A stretch of DNA of 64,000 nt from Bacteroidales bacterium UBA5548 (GTDB lineage: Bacteria > Bacteroidota > Bacteroidia > Bacteroidales > UBA932). The notes beneath the pieces are model-generated. The model did no database searches and had not been told where the DNA came from. It saw only the letters and a program-made list of their open reading frames with translations. The stretch spans positions 43,742 through 107,741 of the forward strand of contig DINE01000027.1 in NCBI GenBank assembly GCA_002425935.1, read 5' to 3'. This document shows, in pieces, positions 1 to 11,079 of the stretch. Numbering within the stretch: the stretch's first letter is position 1; the number at the start of each line of letters is the position of its first letter. The translations under genes were made by a program, and so were the position numbers.

Positions 1-543
1 ATTGCATATCTGCATATGAGAGATATGTCGCCTGAGTCGCTTGAAAAATTCTATATTGAGATGAATACTATTGCTGTTCATAAAGATGCTCTTATTCTGG
101 ACCTTAGGTTTAACAACGGAGGTAATGTTCACAAAGAGGTAATTGACATGCTTAGTCAAAGGGAGCACTTCCGATGGAGCCACAGGGATAATCCGCGAAT
201 ATCACATCCAAATGTAACGCCTGCAGAGAAACCTATTATTGTTCTGATAAATGAGAGAAGCTTAAGTGATGCAGAGGTGACTTCAAACGGTATTAAGACT
301 CTTTCATTAGCAAAGCTTGTAGGCACGGAAACATATCGCTGGATAATCTTCACATCATCTGCCCGCTTAGTTGACGGCTCTACTGTTAGGCTACCTGCAT
401 GGGGTTGTTACACACTTGATGGCAAGGATCTTGAATTCGAAGGAGTGGCTCCGGATATATACGTGAAAAACACCTTTAAAGATCGCATTGAATCAAAAGA
501 TCCACAACTTGAGAGAGCAATAAAAGAATTATTACCTTTGTAG
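1..543 (+). CDS. S41 family (tricorn-like) peptidase, C-terminal part; 5' end lies outside the window
   Basis: DLRFNNGGN motif, SLSDAE catalytic-Ser region, EGVAPDIYV and DPQLERAI terminus; frame open from the window edge. Confidence 0.85.
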   Translation: MAYLHMRDMSPESLEKFYIEMNTIAVHKDALILDLRFNNGGNVHKEVIDMLSQREHFRWSHRDNPRISHPNVTPAEKPIIVLINERSLSDAEVTSNGIKTLSLAKLVGTETYRWIIFTSSARLVDGSTVRLPAWGCYTLDGKDLEFEGVAPDIYVKNTFKDRIESKDPQLERAIKELLPL

Positions 544-605
544 CCGTTTTAATCCCGAATAAAATGGATATTCACATTTTCCGGGCTGAATACCGATAAA
601 GAAGA

Positions 606-1631
606 ATGAAAGAGAAAATTGAAGAGTTATTGGCAGAAATTGCCGGGCTGACCGCTCAGAAGGAGTCGGAGATAGAAGAGTTGAGAATTCGCCTGTTGGG
701 GAAAAAGGGTGCCATAACACAGCTTTTTGACGACTTCCGCAATGTATTGCCGGAGCAAAAAAGAGAGCTTGGACAGGTTTTAAACAATTTAAAGGTTGCC
801 GCTTCTCAGAAGATTGATGAACTTCGTGAAGTTCTTGAGCAGAATCCTGGAGAGTCAGCAAGTGCCTATGACTTAACAAAGCCGGGGGATATAACTGAGC
901 TTGGCGGCAGACACCCGATCTCTGTTACAAGAGACGAAATTCTATCGATTTTCAACAAATTCGGTTATGTTCTGGCTGAGGGGCCTGAGATTGAAGATGA
1001 CTGGCATGTCTTTGGCGCATTGAATTTTCCGCCTGAACATCCTGCTAGAGATATGCAGGATACGTTCTTTATTACATCGGGCAACAATCCTGTGTTGTTA
1101 AGAACGCATACCAGTTCTATACAAGTAAGGGCAATGGAGAACATGAAACTTCCCATCAGAATTATGTGTCCGGGAAGGGTTTTCCGTAATGAGGCAATCT
1201 CTGCAAGAGCTCACTGTATTTTCCACCAGGTAGAGGGGCTGTATATAGATAAAAAAGTATCGTTTGCAGACCTTAAGCAGGCAGTTCTTCTTTTTGCACG
1301 TGAAATGTTTGGTGAGGAGACTCAGATTCGCCTGAGACCATCTTATTTCCCGTTCACAGAACCAAGTGCTGAGGTTGATGTGAGCTGCAACATCTGCAAA
1401 GGAAAAGGCTGTAATATCTGCAAAGGAACAGGGTGGCTGGAGATAATGGGTTGCGGTATGGTTGACCCGAATGTGTTGGAAGCTAATGGAATCGACAGTA
1501 CTCAATATTCGGGCTTTGCATTTGGTATGGGGGTAGAAAGAATTGCAATGCTAAAGTGGCAGGTGAAAGATCTGCGTCATTACTTCGAAAATGACATCAG
1601 ATTCTTAAAGGAATTTGAAACTGTGATTTAA
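606..1631 (+). CDS. pheS: Phenylalanine--tRNA ligase alpha subunit
   Basis: HPARDMQDTF, LLRTHTS, FHQVEGL, YFPFTEPS, GFAFGMGVER motifs. Confidence 0.98.
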   Translation: MKEKIEELLAEIAGLTAQKESEIEELRIRLLGKKGAITQLFDDFRNVLPEQKRELGQVLNNLKVAASQKIDELREVLEQNPGESASAYDLTKPGDITELGGRHPISVTRDEILSIFNKFGYVLAEGPEIEDDWHVFGALNFPPEHPARDMQDTFFITSGNNPVLLRTHTSSIQVRAMENMKLPIRIMCPGRVFRNEAISARAHCIFHQVEGLYIDKKVSFADLKQAVLLFAREMFGEETQIRLRPSYFPFTEPSAEVDVSCNICKGKGCNICKGTGWLEIMGCGMVDPNVLEANGIDSTQYSGFAFGMGVERIAMLKWQVKDLRHYFENDIRFLKEFETVI

Positions 1632-1635
1632 ATTT

Positions 1636-1666
1636 TTTGGAGCTTGCAAAAATTTTATTACTTTTG
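1636..1666 (+). promoter_or_regulatory. Bacteroidetes sigma-A promoter for tRNA-Gly
   Basis: TTTG (1636-1639), 19 nt, TACTTTTG (1659-1666); matches the -33/-7 consensus. Confidence 0.75.
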
Positions 1667-1677
1667 CAATCCCAAAC

Positions 1678-1750
1678 GCGGAAATAGCTCAGTTGGTAGA
1701 GCATAACCTTGCCAAGGTTAGGGTCGCGAGTTCGAGTCTCGTTTTCCGCT
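1678..1750 (+). tRNA. tRNA-Gly(GCC)
   Basis: GCGGAAA acceptor stem, TAACC-TTGCCAA-GGTTA anticodon arm, GTTCGAG T-loop; CCA not encoded. Confidence 0.97.
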
Positions 1751-1754
1751 CTGC

Positions 1755-1784
1755 AAAACCTCTCCGCCTACGGAGAGGTTTTTT
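1755..1784 (+). terminator. Intrinsic terminator after tRNA-Gly
   Basis: AAAACCTCTCCG-CCTA-CGGAGAGGTTTTTT hairpin plus U tract. Confidence 0.8.
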
Positions 1785-1857
1785 CGAATAAATTTGAAAT
1801 ATTGAATTTTCAATTTCCACCGGGACTACGAGGCAACTTGTATTCCGGCAGACGCGG

Positions 1858-1946
1858 GCTCGGGTGGTGGAATAGGTAGACACGCAGGACTTAAAATCCT
1901 GTGGGCAGAAATGCCCGTACGGGTTCGATTCCCGTCCCGAGTACCA
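1858..1946 (+). tRNA. tRNA-Leu(TAA)
   Basis: GCTCGGG/CCCGAGT acceptor stem, CAGGA-CTTAAAA-TCCTG anticodon arm, long variable arm, encoded CCA. Confidence 0.96.
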
Positions 1947-1949
1947 GTT

Positions 1950-1990
1950 AAAGGTTGGTAATTATTTAATCAATAATTATCAACCTTTTT
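1950..1990 (+). terminator. Terminator hairpin after tRNA-Leu
   Basis: AAAGGTTGGTAATTATT...AATAATTATCAACCTTTTT inverted repeat with T tract. Confidence 0.65.
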
Positions 1991-2052
1991 CATTTCCCGG
2001 AATTTTAAATAAACTAACTTTGCACCACTTACCTGAATTTAATAGAAATGTC

Positions 2053-2628
2053 ATGATAAACATTAAAGAGATATTCAGTGCTTTTATAGTGATGTTTGCA
2101 GTTATAGACATCCTTGGGTCGGTTCCGATTATTGTAGGAATGAAGGAGAAGAAAAAGAAGTTCAGTCCGTTTAATGCGGCGTGGATCTCATTCGCAATTC
2201 TTACAGGCTTTCTGTTTGTTGGTCAGGCATTGCTTGGACTTTTCGGGGTGGATATATCATCCTTTGCCGTGGCAGGCGCGTTGGTTCTTCTGGTCTTGGC
2301 TATTGAGATGATCTTTGGTATTCAGATTTTTAAAGATGATGGCCCTACAGACTCAGCAACTATTGTCCCCATTGTGTTTCCACTGATTGCAGGAGCTGCA
2401 TCGTTTACAACACTTTTATCACTAAGGGCGGAGTATGAGTTGGTCAATATAATAATCTCTCTCTTTTTGAATATTTTAATTGTTTATATTGTTCTGAGCA
2501 ATATCGATTATATATCAAAAAAAATAGGAAAGGGCGGGATCTATGTTCTAAGGAAATTTTTTGGAATTATTCTTCTGGCAATAGCTGTAAAGCTGATTGT
2601 TTCTAATCTTCACACCCTTTTAAGCTAA
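2053..2628 (+). CDS. MarC family integral membrane protein
   Basis: Six hydrophobic segments, IVPIVFPLIAG motif; ATG 2053 lies downstream of a TAACTTTG -7 box (2015-2022). Confidence 0.9.
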   Translation: MINIKEIFSAFIVMFAVIDILGSVPIIVGMKEKKKKFSPFNAAWISFAILTGFLFVGQALLGLFGVDISSFAVAGALVLLVLAIEMIFGIQIFKDDGPTDSATIVPIVFPLIAGAASFTTLLSLRAEYELVNIIISLFLNILIVYIVLSNIDYISKKIGKGGIYVLRKFFGIILLAIAVKLIVSNLHTLLS

Positions 2629-2639
2629 TAAGACATTAC

Positions 2640-2671
2640 AAAAAAGGGAGTCCAAATTCAGGACTCCCTTT
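2640..2671. terminator. Bidirectional terminator between MarC and SusD
   Basis: AAAAAAGGGAGTCC-AAATTCA-GGACTCCCTTTT. Confidence 0.8.
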
Positions 2672-2708
2672 TGAATCTAGTAACCAATAGTTAGGTAAAT
2701 ACTTTAAA

Positions 2709-4262
2709 TTATTTTTTTGCCCACCAGAGCTTTGTTGTATACAAGTCACCGCCTATACTTGTTGCGGCAGCCTCTACATTAGTCTTGTTAAGAGTATATT
2801 CGTTACTGTCATACTTAAGCCGAGGTACAATGTCTGTACCGGTTGGATTGGCGGTAACAAATGTAACGCCGGAGTTGGTAACCTCTCCAGGTTTAACAAG
2901 AGACTTAGGATAAAGGGTTCTTCTGTATTCTGCCCACGCTTCAAAACCCTGTTGGAACAGATGGATGTATTTCTGTGTAAGAACCATCTCCTTTTTGCCC
3001 TCAGTTGTTGCTGCATTGAAGCGTGTGATAACAGATGTTATATAAGCTTCGTTTGCAGGAATACCCCACTGCTCAAAAGAGGCCCTGATTCCTTGTTCAA
3101 AATAGGTTCTGTCCCAGTCATATGCCTCACTTTTCATAAAGCAGACAGTTGCGTAATCAAGGAAAACAGACCAGAAATTTGGTTGCATAATCAGTGGGTA
3201 TGGAGTCCTTGTAAGGTTAATAACCGTTGAAGAGTTAGCAGCTACAAACGCGCCTGTCTGAGCATCACTCATCCCGTATGGTACCCCAACAATACGACCT
3301 GTAGAGTAGTTGGCATCTCCGATATATACGGAGAACCTTGGATCTTCCAAGCCTGCAAAAGGATTTGTAAATCCCTTGTCAGTATCGTTAAGACCCCTGA
3401 GTAGCCCGACAAATTGCTTAGTTAGAGTAAAGTCATTACGTTTACCTACAATAAAGCCATTGTAAATAGGTGCTTCATTAGGAGCCCCGGCACCCGTAAA
3501 TTTAATCCTGGCAATATCTGCATTTGAGGTCATTACCCCCTCTGCAATAATAGCTTTGGCAGCGGTTTGCCAGTCAGTTTTAACATTGGACATCCTGATT
3601 ACAAGGCGAAGTCTTATGGAGTTTCCGAATTTAATCCACTTATTAATGTCTCCGCCAAAGATTACATCTCCCTGAACCCAGCCCTTATTTGCTGTTTTAA
3701 GTGCATCTACAGCAGTTTTTGCATCTGCCAGAAGTTTCGGGAACAGATCACTCTGCTTGTCATAGCGTGGCTGAACAAATTCATTGGACTTCCATGCCTC
3801 TGTATAAGGAACATCTCCAAATGTTTCGGCAAGAAGCTGTACGGCCCATATCTGCATCAGTTTTGCGGTGGCAATCTGAACAGCATTATCGCCGTAAGCA
3901 CTCATGTCAGCTTTGCTCTTGTCATTAGTATTCAGGTTAATTATATCCTGAAAACTTTGAGTGATAAAGTATGTATTTCTGAAAAATCCATCGGTAACCT
4001 CTTGTCTGAACAGATATCTGTCTTCAGAAGTGTAGTTTCTCTGGGCCCAGTGCTGACAGGCAAGGTTTGATTGTCTGCCTGACCTCCAGACATCAAAAAG
4101 ATAATAACCGAGTTCTCTCTGAGCGTATGACATTATGTAAGGAGTTGGAACGCTCGTTGTTGAGTTGGGACTGGTGTTTATCTCTTCAAATTCTTTATCA
4201 CAACCTGTAATAAGAACAGGAAGTGCTAAAAGAGCTAAGAATAGTTTTTTTATTGAGTTCAT
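2709..4262 (-). CDS. SusD/RagB family outer-membrane lipoprotein
   Basis: Lipobox ITGC, FEEINTSPN, FGDVPYTEA, QGFEAWAEYRRT, KLWWAK terminus. Confidence 0.93.
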   Translation of the reverse strand: MNSIKKLFLALLALPVLITGCDKEFEEINTSPNSTTSVPTPYIMSYAQRELGYYLFDVWRSGRQSNLACQHWAQRNYTSEDRYLFRQEVTDGFFRNTYFITQSFQDIINLNTNDKSKADMSAYGDNAVQIATAKLMQIWAVQLLAETFGDVPYTEAWKSNEFVQPRYDKQSDLFPKLLADAKTAVDALKTANKGWVQGDVIFGGDINKWIKFGNSIRLRLVIRMSNVKTDWQTAAKAIIAEGVMTSNADIARIKFTGAGAPNEAPIYNGFIVGKRNDFTLTKQFVGLLRGLNDTDKGFTNPFAGLEDPRFSVYIGDANYSTGRIVGVPYGMSDAQTGAFVAANSSTVINLTRTPYPLIMQPNFWSVFLDYATVCFMKSEAYDWDRTYFEQGIRASFEQWGIPANEAYITSVITRFNAATTEGKKEMVLTQKYIHLFQQGFEAWAEYRRTLYPKSLVKPGEVTNSGVTFVTANPTGTDIVPRLKYDSNEYTLNKTNVEAAATSIGGDLYTTKLWWAKK

Positions 4263-4281
4263 AATAACATCTCCTATTTAA

Positions 4282-7200
4282 TTAAAAATTAAAGCTTACA
4301 CTAAATCCGTATGTTCTGGTTGAAGGAATGTAACCTCCTTCGATACCTTGAGCATTTGAACCGGCCATTTGCAGATATTCAGGGTCAAAATGTTTAGTTG
4401 CTGCACCGAAAATTGCCAGATTTCGGCCAAAGCCGGATACTCTTAACTGTTTAATCGGACCGGTCCATCTTGATGGAAATGTGTAACCTAGTCTTACCTC
4501 TCTGAGTTTAATATAGTCAGTGTCAAATACGTTTTTCTCGTCACAGCGGTCATAATGGTATGCTCCATAATACTCGGCATTAAGAACTTTTGTATTCTTA
4601 ACCGGAGTTGTTACTGTTGCACCGCTGGCATCTGTGTAAAGGAACTTGCCAGTTGCAGCATCGTACTTTCCGTAGTAGCTGTCAATAGTCAGACCCTCTT
4701 CGCGAATATCTTTACCATCAACCATTACAGTCTCTTCAAGCAGACCCGAGTACATTCCCCACATATGTGAGGTATAGTACATCTTCCCGCCTCTTTGCAT
4801 ATCCAGCAGAATGCTGAGATCGAAATTCCTGAAAGTAAAAGTATTGGTTAGACCAGCAGTAAATGAAGGTGTGGCATTTCCGATGTTTTTAATAGGAGTA
4901 GCTGCATAATAGCCGGTAGAAGGGTTAATCAATTTGTTGCCATTGTCGTCATATACAAAGCCTGTTCCCCAAATGACAGGATATGAGGTGCCGACAAATG
5001 CGCCGGATTTAACCCTGAACGGTGCGTTTTGCAGGTTTAGATATGACAACCCTTCTGCAATTTCGATAACTTCGTTTTTAAGCGTACCGATATTAAGTTG
5101 CATATCCCAGTTGAAATTCTTGGACCTTACAGGAGTGAGATTGAGTGTAAGCTCTACTCCGGTATTAGACATATGTCCTGAGTTTATATACATACTCGCA
5201 TATCCTGTTGCTCCTGAAACCATTACAGGAACAATCTGATCATAAGTGTCTTTTTGGAAATATGAGAAATCAAAGCCGACTCTGTTGTCCAGGAATTGAG
5301 CTTCAAGACCAACTTCCCATGATTTTGTAGACTCAGATTTTAAATCCGGATTAGATTTAGTTGTAGGAGGATTGTACCTTGGATTGCTTCCGAAAGCCCC
5401 TCCTGTTGATGCAACATAATATGACTCCAGATTATAAGGGTCGGTGTCATTACCTACTTGTGCCCATCCTGCTCTAAGTTTTGCAAAATTTAGCCAGTTT
5501 AGTGCTCTCAGTGCATCTATTGATGATAATACTGCACTAAGATTTACTGATGGATAGAAATAAGAGTTGTTCACACCCGGTAAAGTTGATGACCAGTCGT
5601 TACGAGCAGTTATATCCAGATAAAGTATCAAGTTGTAATCCAGAGTTATGTTGCCGAAAACAGAGTTGATTCTTTTGTGTGTTTTTGTATCGTAAGCGGT
5701 TGCTTTTGTTTGTGAGTTCGAAAGATTATAAAGGTTAGGAATTACCAGACCTCCTACGGTTATACCACCTGTCCGCCATGTCTTTCTGTCTGAACTTGCA
5801 ACTCCGACAAGTGCCGAAACGCCGAACTTGTCATCCATAAGACGCTTATTGTACTCGCCAAAAAACTCTGAAGTAATTTCCAAGGCCTCCCTGTTGTCAA
5901 GATAGTACTCAGAGGTTGCCTGAGATCCAACTGCAAATCGCTCTTCCATAGAGAGATTGAAATAGTCAACACCCACACGTCCTGTAAATTTTAGCCAGGT
6001 TAAAGGCTTAATTATCAGGCCTGTGTTTCCGTAAAGACGATTTCTTCTGTCGTTTTGATAGTTTTTAAAGGCAGACCAATAAGGATTATCTGTGTACATA
6101 GGGGTAGGGTCGTCATAAGATGACCTGTTCCAAGTTCTTTGACTTCCGTCAGGATTCAGATATGCCTTAAGGTCTTTATAGTCAAGCTGAGTTTGTGACC
6201 ATTGCCACATCTTTTGAATTGCGTTTCTGTCTCCGTAACCGGTTTCAGGACGCCCAACTGCATTGTTATTTACATAATTTGCAGTTACCCATGCCTCCAG
6301 ATGCTTATTCAGTTTTGAGTTACCGCTAAAGCTGACAGTGTTTCTCTTTAGTGTACTGTTTGGGGTAATTCCTGTAATGTCACTGTTGGTGAATGATACC
6401 CTAAACGATCCGTCCTCACCGGCTTTTGAAAATTGTACGTTATTTGTTAGGTTCACACCGTTTTCAAAGTAGCTTCTGTAGTCGTTTTTAGGATATGTCC
6501 AAGGCCTCTCAACAAGATAGTTAGCAGTATCCCACTCGTCAAATGCATTCCAGTGGAGAACCTTTATGTTAGGATCATATTTTGGACCCCAGCTCTCGTC
6601 AGTACCGTAGTCTACAGTCCTGTATGTTTTTCCTCCAATAGTTGCAGTGAGAAAACCATCCAGAGTTCCTGCTCCATCATACACAAAACCACCTCCGTAG
6701 TACTTTTGCAGCTGAGGCATATATGCGGCCTTGTCAAATGTTACAGAAGAGTTAACGCTTACCCCGAATGTTTTGGCAGCAAGCTTGGCCCTTTTAGTTG
6801 TTATCATCACTACACCGTTTGCGGCTCTCGATCCGTATAGTGCCGATGCAGATGCTCCCTTAAGCACTGATACTGACTCAATATCGTCCGGATTAAGGTC
6901 ACTTGCCAGGTTTCCGAGGTCGTAACCACCACCACCTGTTGCACCGTAAGAGTAGTCTGCATTACTAATAGGAATACCATCCACTACAAATAGAGGCTGG
7001 TTGTTTCCGGTAAGAGAGGTGTTTCCTCTGACATTGATTTTCGCACCTCCGCCCATCTGTCCGCTGGCTGTTTGAATCTGAACACCGGCAACTCTTCCGG
7101 AAAGAGAAGAGACAATGTTTGCCGATCTTACTTTTTGAAGTTCGTCTCCTTTTACATTTTGAACTGCGTAACCCAGAGCCTTTTTCTCCCTTGAGATACC

Positions 7201-7551
7201 CAGTGCCGTAACAATCAGCTCTTCAAGCACTACGGACTCTTCCTGCATTGTTACGTTTACTACAACTCTTCCGCTGATAGGAACTTCCATTGTTTTGTAG
7301 CCTATTGAGCTGAAAACAAGTGTCCCGTTAAGATCAACGTTTCTTAAAACAAAAGTTCCGTTGTCAGCACTATTTGTGGCTGTTGTTGTGCCTTTTACTA
7401 GTACTGTGACGAAACCAAGTGGCTGGCCGTTTACATCAGTTACTCTGCCTGTAACTTGTGTCTGAGCCCATGAAGTAACTCCCGTTAACAGGAGTAAGAT
7501 TGAGAGAGCAAAATACATTGCCCTCCGCAATAAATGCGCTTTTGCATTCAT
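4282..7551 (-). CDS. SusC/RagA family TonB-dependent transporter
   Basis: QPLFVVDGIP, DIESVSVLKGASASALYGSRAANGVVMITTK plug motif, C-terminal Phe. Confidence 0.96.
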   Translation of the reverse strand: MNAKAHLLRRAMYFALSILLLLTGVTSWAQTQVTGRVTDVNGQPLGFVTVLVKGTTTATNSADNGTFVLRNVDLNGTLVFSSIGYKTMEVPISGRVVVNVTMQEESVVLEELIVTALGISREKKALGYAVQNVKGDELQKVRSANIVSSLSGRVAGVQIQTASGQMGGGAKINVRGNTSLTGNNQPLFVVDGIPISNADYSYGATGGGGYDLGNLASDLNPDDIESVSVLKGASASALYGSRAANGVVMITTKRAKLAAKTFGVSVNSSVTFDKAAYMPQLQKYYGGGFVYDGAGTLDGFLTATIGGKTYRTVDYGTDESWGPKYDPNIKVLHWNAFDEWDTANYLVERPWTYPKNDYRSYFENGVNLTNNVQFSKAGEDGSFRVSFTNSDITGITPNSTLKRNTVSFSGNSKLNKHLEAWVTANYVNNNAVGRPETGYGDRNAIQKMWQWSQTQLDYKDLKAYLNPDGSQRTWNRSSYDDPTPMYTDNPYWSAFKNYQNDRRNRLYGNTGLIIKPLTWLKFTGRVGVDYFNLSMEERFAVGSQATSEYYLDNREALEITSEFFGEYNKRLMDDKFGVSALVGVASSDRKTWRTGGITVGGLVIPNLYNLSNSQTKATAYDTKTHKRINSVFGNITLDYNLILYLDITARNDWSSTLPGVNNSYFYPSVNLSAVLSSIDALRALNWLNFAKLRAGWAQVGNDTDPYNLESYYVASTGGAFGSNPRYNPPTTKSNPDLKSESTKSWEVGLEAQFLDNRVGFDFSYFQKDTYDQIVPVMVSGATGYASMYINSGHMSNTGVELTLNLTPVRSKNFNWDMQLNIGTLKNEVIEIAEGLSYLNLQNAPFRVKSGAFVGTSYPVIWGTGFVYDDNGNKLINPSTGYYAATPIKNIGNATPSFTAGLTNTFTFRNFDLSILLDMQRGGKMYYTSHMWGMYSGLLEETVMVDGKDIREEGLTIDSYYGKYDAATGKFLYTDASGATVTTPVKNTKVLNAEYYGAYHYDRCDEKNVFDTDYIKLREVRLGYTFPSRWTGPIKQLRVSGFGRNLAIFGAATKHFDPEYLQMAGSNAQGIEGGYIPSTRTYGFSVSFNF

Positions 7552-7848
7552 AAATCAGTTTTTGGTTAGTTAAGTTTAGTTAAGTATTTAGGTTCCTAGA
7601 TTCAGGACACACCAAATTTAATATTTCTTTCTGACAATTCCGAGAAATATATGCATTATTTTGCTCATTCTTATATGCTTTAAGGGGTGATATTTTCTAC
7701 ATGTGAATGCCTGTGCGGACTATATTAAATTCGCGTTAAAATCTCTTTGCTATCATCTCTTGGAATAATATTAATTATTAAGAGATTTAATTCAGTAATG
7801 AACGGGATTAAATAATGTGGATATCGTGTGAATAAGTTTGAGTTACTG

Positions 7849-7879
7849 TTTGGATTTATAAGATTTTATTGTATCTTTG
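7849..7879 (+). promoter_or_regulatory. Sigma-A promoter driving rplC-rpsC
   Basis: TTTG (7849-7852), 19 nt, TATCTTTG (7872-7879). Confidence 0.75.
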
Positions 7880-7938
7880 CAGCCCGCAAATTTTATGCGG
7901 GATTATTAATTATTTAAAAAACACCAAATTAAAAACCA

Positions 7939-8568
7939 ATGCCTGGATTAATTGGAAAGAAAGTCGGAATGACTTCTGTTTTTGGTGCCGATGGAAAAAA
8001 TATTCCATGCACCGTTATTGAGGCTGGTCCGTGTGTTGTTACGCAAATTCGTACAGAAGAGAAAGATGGTTATGCCGCTGTACAGCTTGCCTATGACGAG
8101 AAAAAAGAAAAACACACCAGCGCTGGCCAACTCGGCCACTTTAAAAAGGCAAATACCACACCTAAGCGTAAACTCGTAGAGTTTGCCAATGATTTTGGCA
8201 AAGAGTTAGAGCTGGGTGAAACTGTAACCGTTGCTGAAGTCTTCGGACATGGAGCATTAGAATGGGTAGATGTTACCGGAATTACCAAAGGTAAGGGATT
8301 CCAGGGTGTTGTGAAACGCCATGGTTTCGCCGGAGTAGGAGGACAAACTCACGGACAGCACAACAGACTTCGTGCTCCCGGATCAATGGGTGCCTCTTCT
8401 TGGCCTTCAAGAGTATTTAAGGGAAAGAGATTGGCCGGCCGTATGGGTGGCGATCAGGTAAAAATCCAGAACCTAAGAGTTCTAAAGGTTATTCCTGAGA
8501 ATAATCTTCTGATAGTAAAGGGATCTGTTCCCGGTGCTAAGGGTTCATATGTAATCGTGGAGGAGTAA
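7939..8568 (+). CDS. rplC: 50S ribosomal protein L3
   Basis: [22 protein letters not shown]. Confidence 0.98.
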   Translation: MPGLIGKKVGMTSVFGADGKNIPCTVIEAGPCVVTQIRTEEKDGYAAVQLAYDEKKEKHTSAGQLGHFKKANTTPKRKLVEFANDFGKELELGETVTVAEVFGHGALEWVDVTGITKGKGFQGVVKRHGFAGVGGQTHGQHNRLRAPGSMGASSWPSRVFKGKRLAGRMGGDQVKIQNLRVLKVIPENNLLIVKGSVPGAKGSYVIVEE

Positions 8569-8574
8569 GCGAAT

Positions 8575-9207
8575 ATGGAATTATCAGTTTACAAAATTGA
8601 TGGAACAGAGTCCGGAAAGAAAGTGACTCTTGATCCCGGCATCTTTGGAGTAGAACCAAATGATCACGCCATTTACCTGGACGTTAAGCAATATCTTGCC
8701 AACCAGCGTCAGGGAACTCACAAAACAAAAGAGAAGTGGGAAGTTGCCTACAGTACCAAAAAGGTCATTCGTCAGAAAGGATCGGGCGGTGCTCGTCACG
8801 GCAGTATCAAAGCCAATATTTATGTGGGCGGAGGTAGAGTATTTGGTCCAAGACCAAGAGACTACAGCTTCAAGCTCAATAAAAAGCTAAAACAACTTGC
8901 ACGTTTTTCTGCACTTTCATACAAAGTTAAAGAGCAGTCTCTTACAATTGTAGAGAACTTTAACCTTGATACACCAAAAACCAAAGAGTTCATCAAAATT
9001 ATTGAGGGACTAAAGGTTAATGCAAGAAAAGTGCTGTTTGTACTTCCTGAGAACATGAATAACATTTATTTGTCTTCGCGTAACCTGGAAAATGTTAAGG
9101 TAATTACTGTTAATGAACTTAACACCTACGATGTGGTAAACGCAACATCACTAATCTTTGTAGATGGTGTTCAGGATATCCTGCAGGGACAGTATGCTAA
9201 CAATTAA
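8575..9207 (+). CDS. rplD: 50S ribosomal protein L4
   Basis: [31 protein letters not shown]. Confidence 0.98.
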   Translation: MELSVYKIDGTESGKKVTLDPGIFGVEPNDHAIYLDVKQYLANQRQGTHKTKEKWEVAYSTKKVIRQKGSGGARHGSIKANIYVGGGRVFGPRPRDYSFKLNKKLKQLARFSALSYKVKEQSLTIVENFNLDTPKTKEFIKIIEGLKVNARKVLFVLPENMNNIYLSSRNLENVKVITVNELNTYDVVNATSLIFVDGVQDILQGQYANN

Positions 9208-9218
9208 ACCGTAGAACG

Positions 9219-9509
9219 ATGGAAATTTTAATTAAGCCTATAGTAACAGAAAAGATGACGATTCAGGGCGAGAAGTTGAATCGTTACGGTTTTATAGTTG
9301 ACCGCCGCGCAAACAAGATCGAGATCAAATTGGCGGTTGAAGAGATGTACGGTGTTAAAGTGTTGGATGTAAACACTATTAACTACCACGGGAAACGCAA
9401 AAGCCGCTTTACCAAAGCGGGATTATTGTCAGGCCGTGCCAATCACTACAAAAAAGCGATTGTAACACTTGCCGGTGAAGATAAGATAGATTTCTATAGT
9501 AATATTTAA
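9219..9509 (+). CDS. rplW: 50S ribosomal protein L23
   Basis: KPIVTEK, ANKIEIK, KKAIVTL. Confidence 0.98.
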   Translation: MEILIKPIVTEKMTIQGEKLNRYGFIVDRRANKIEIKLAVEEMYGVKVLDVNTINYHGKRKSRFTKAGLLSGRANHYKKAIVTLAGEDKIDFYSNI

Positions 9510-9513
9510 GTCC

Positions 9514-10338
9514 ATGGCAATACGCAAATTCAAACCGGTTACACCCGGTACAAGACATAAGGCAATTAGCGCATTTACCGAGATCACAACCGCTACTCCG
9601 GAAAAGTCTCTTTTGGAGCCTATCCGCAAATCGGGCGGTCGTAACGGTCAGGGTAAAATGACTATGAGATATATTGGTGGCGGTCACAAGAGAATGTATC
9701 GTATCGTTGACTTCCTGAGAGAGAAAGACAACTATACTGCAACCGTTAAGACCATTGAATATGATCCTAACAGAAGTGCCCGTATTGCTCTGGTTGTTTA
9801 CTCAGACGGAGAAAAGCGCTACATTATAGCTCCTAACGGAATTAAAGTGGGTCAGGTGATTGCATCAGGCCCGGGAGTTGCACCCGAGATAGGTAATACT
9901 CTTCTTCTGTCAGAGATTCCACTAGGTACACTTGTTCACAACATTGAGCTTCGTCCCGGACAGGGAGCCGCAATGGCCCGCAGTGCAGGAACGTATGCTC
10001 AGCTTACAGCACGTGAAGGAAATCACGCAATTCTTAAACTCCCTTCAGGCGAGATAAGAATGGTACTGATTACCTGCCGCGCTACAGTTGGTACAGTATC
10101 TAATCCTGATCACAACCTTGAATCATCAGGAAAAGCAGGTAGAAACCGCTGGATGGGTCGCAGACCTAGAACCCGTGGTGTTGCGATGAACCCTGTTGAT
10201 CACCCGATGGGTGGTGGTGAAGGTCGTGCCTCAGGAGGACACCCTCGTTCGAGAAAAGGTTTGCTTGCTAAAGGTTACAAGACACGTAACCCTAAGAAGA
10301 CAACCAAGAAATTCATCATTGAAAGAAGGAAAAAATAA
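9514..10338 (+). CDS. rplB: 50S ribosomal protein L2
   Basis: [29 protein letters not shown]. Confidence 0.99.
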   Translation: MAIRKFKPVTPGTRHKAISAFTEITTATPEKSLLEPIRKSGGRNGQGKMTMRYIGGGHKRMYRIVDFLREKDNYTATVKTIEYDPNRSARIALVVYSDGEKRYIIAPNGIKVGQVIASGPGVAPEIGNTLLLSEIPLGTLVHNIELRPGQGAAMARSAGTYAQLTAREGNHAILKLPSGEIRMVLITCRATVGTVSNPDHNLESSGKAGRNRWMGRRPRTRGVAMNPVDHPMGGGEGRASGGHPRSRKGLLAKGYKTRNPKKTTKKFIIERRKK

Positions 10339-10359
10339 CGGAATTAAACTGATAGAATT

Positions 10360-10623
10360 ATGAGTCGTTCACTTAAAAAAGGACCATACATACAAGCAAG
10401 CCTTGAGAAGAAGGTTCTTGCTATGAATGAGACTGGCAAGAAAGAGGTCATCAAGACCTGGTCTAGAGCCAGTATGATATCACCGGACTTTGTAGGTCAC
10501 ACCATCGCGGTTCACAACGGGAACAAGTTTATTCCGGTATATGTAACCGAGAACATGGTAGGCCACAAGCTTGGTGAGTTTGCACCTACTCGTACCTTTA
10601 AAGGTCACTCGGGTAATCGTTAA
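10360..10623 (+). CDS. rpsS: 30S ribosomal protein S19
   Basis: [23 protein letters not shown]. Confidence 0.99.
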   Translation: MSRSLKKGPYIQASLEKKVLAMNETGKKEVIKTWSRASMISPDFVGHTIAVHNGNKFIPVYVTENMVGHKLGEFAPTRTFKGHSGNR

Positions 10624-10655
10624 TTTATTTTAATGAGTAAAACAAATTCACAATA

Positions 10656-11078
10656 ATGGGAGCTCGAAAAAGAGAAACAGCCGAAAGGCTTAAAGAGATA
10701 AAAAAGCAGACAGCTATAGCAAAGCTGAATGATGTTCCTACCTCTCCTAGGAAAATGAGACTGGTTGCAGATCTCGTAAGAGGGGTGGAGGTTAACCGTG
10801 CTTTGGATATTTTAAAATATACCAAAAAGGAGGCATCAATTCGTTTGGAGAAACTGCTCCGTTCGGCAATTGCCAACTGGGAAGCAAAAAACGAAGCAGA
10901 CCGCAAAGAGTTGGAGAATGGCAATATATGCGTTCAATCAATTATGGTTGGCCAGGGTCGTTCACTCAAGCGTATCAGAACAGCACCACAAGGTCGTGCG
11001 GCAAGAATTCGCAAGCGTTCAAACCACATTACAATTGTGTTGGGCAAGAAATCGAAAACCGTAAAAGAGGAGCAATAA
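10656..11078 (+). CDS. rplV: 50S ribosomal protein L22
   Basis: [24 protein letters not shown]. Confidence 0.98.
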   Translation: MGARKRETAERLKEIKKQTAIAKLNDVPTSPRKMRLVADLVRGVEVNRALDILKYTKKEASIRLEKLLRSAIANWEAKNEADRKELENGNICVQSIMVGQGRSLKRIRTAPQGRAARIRKRSNHITIVLGKKSKTVKEEQ

Positions 11079-11079
11079 A

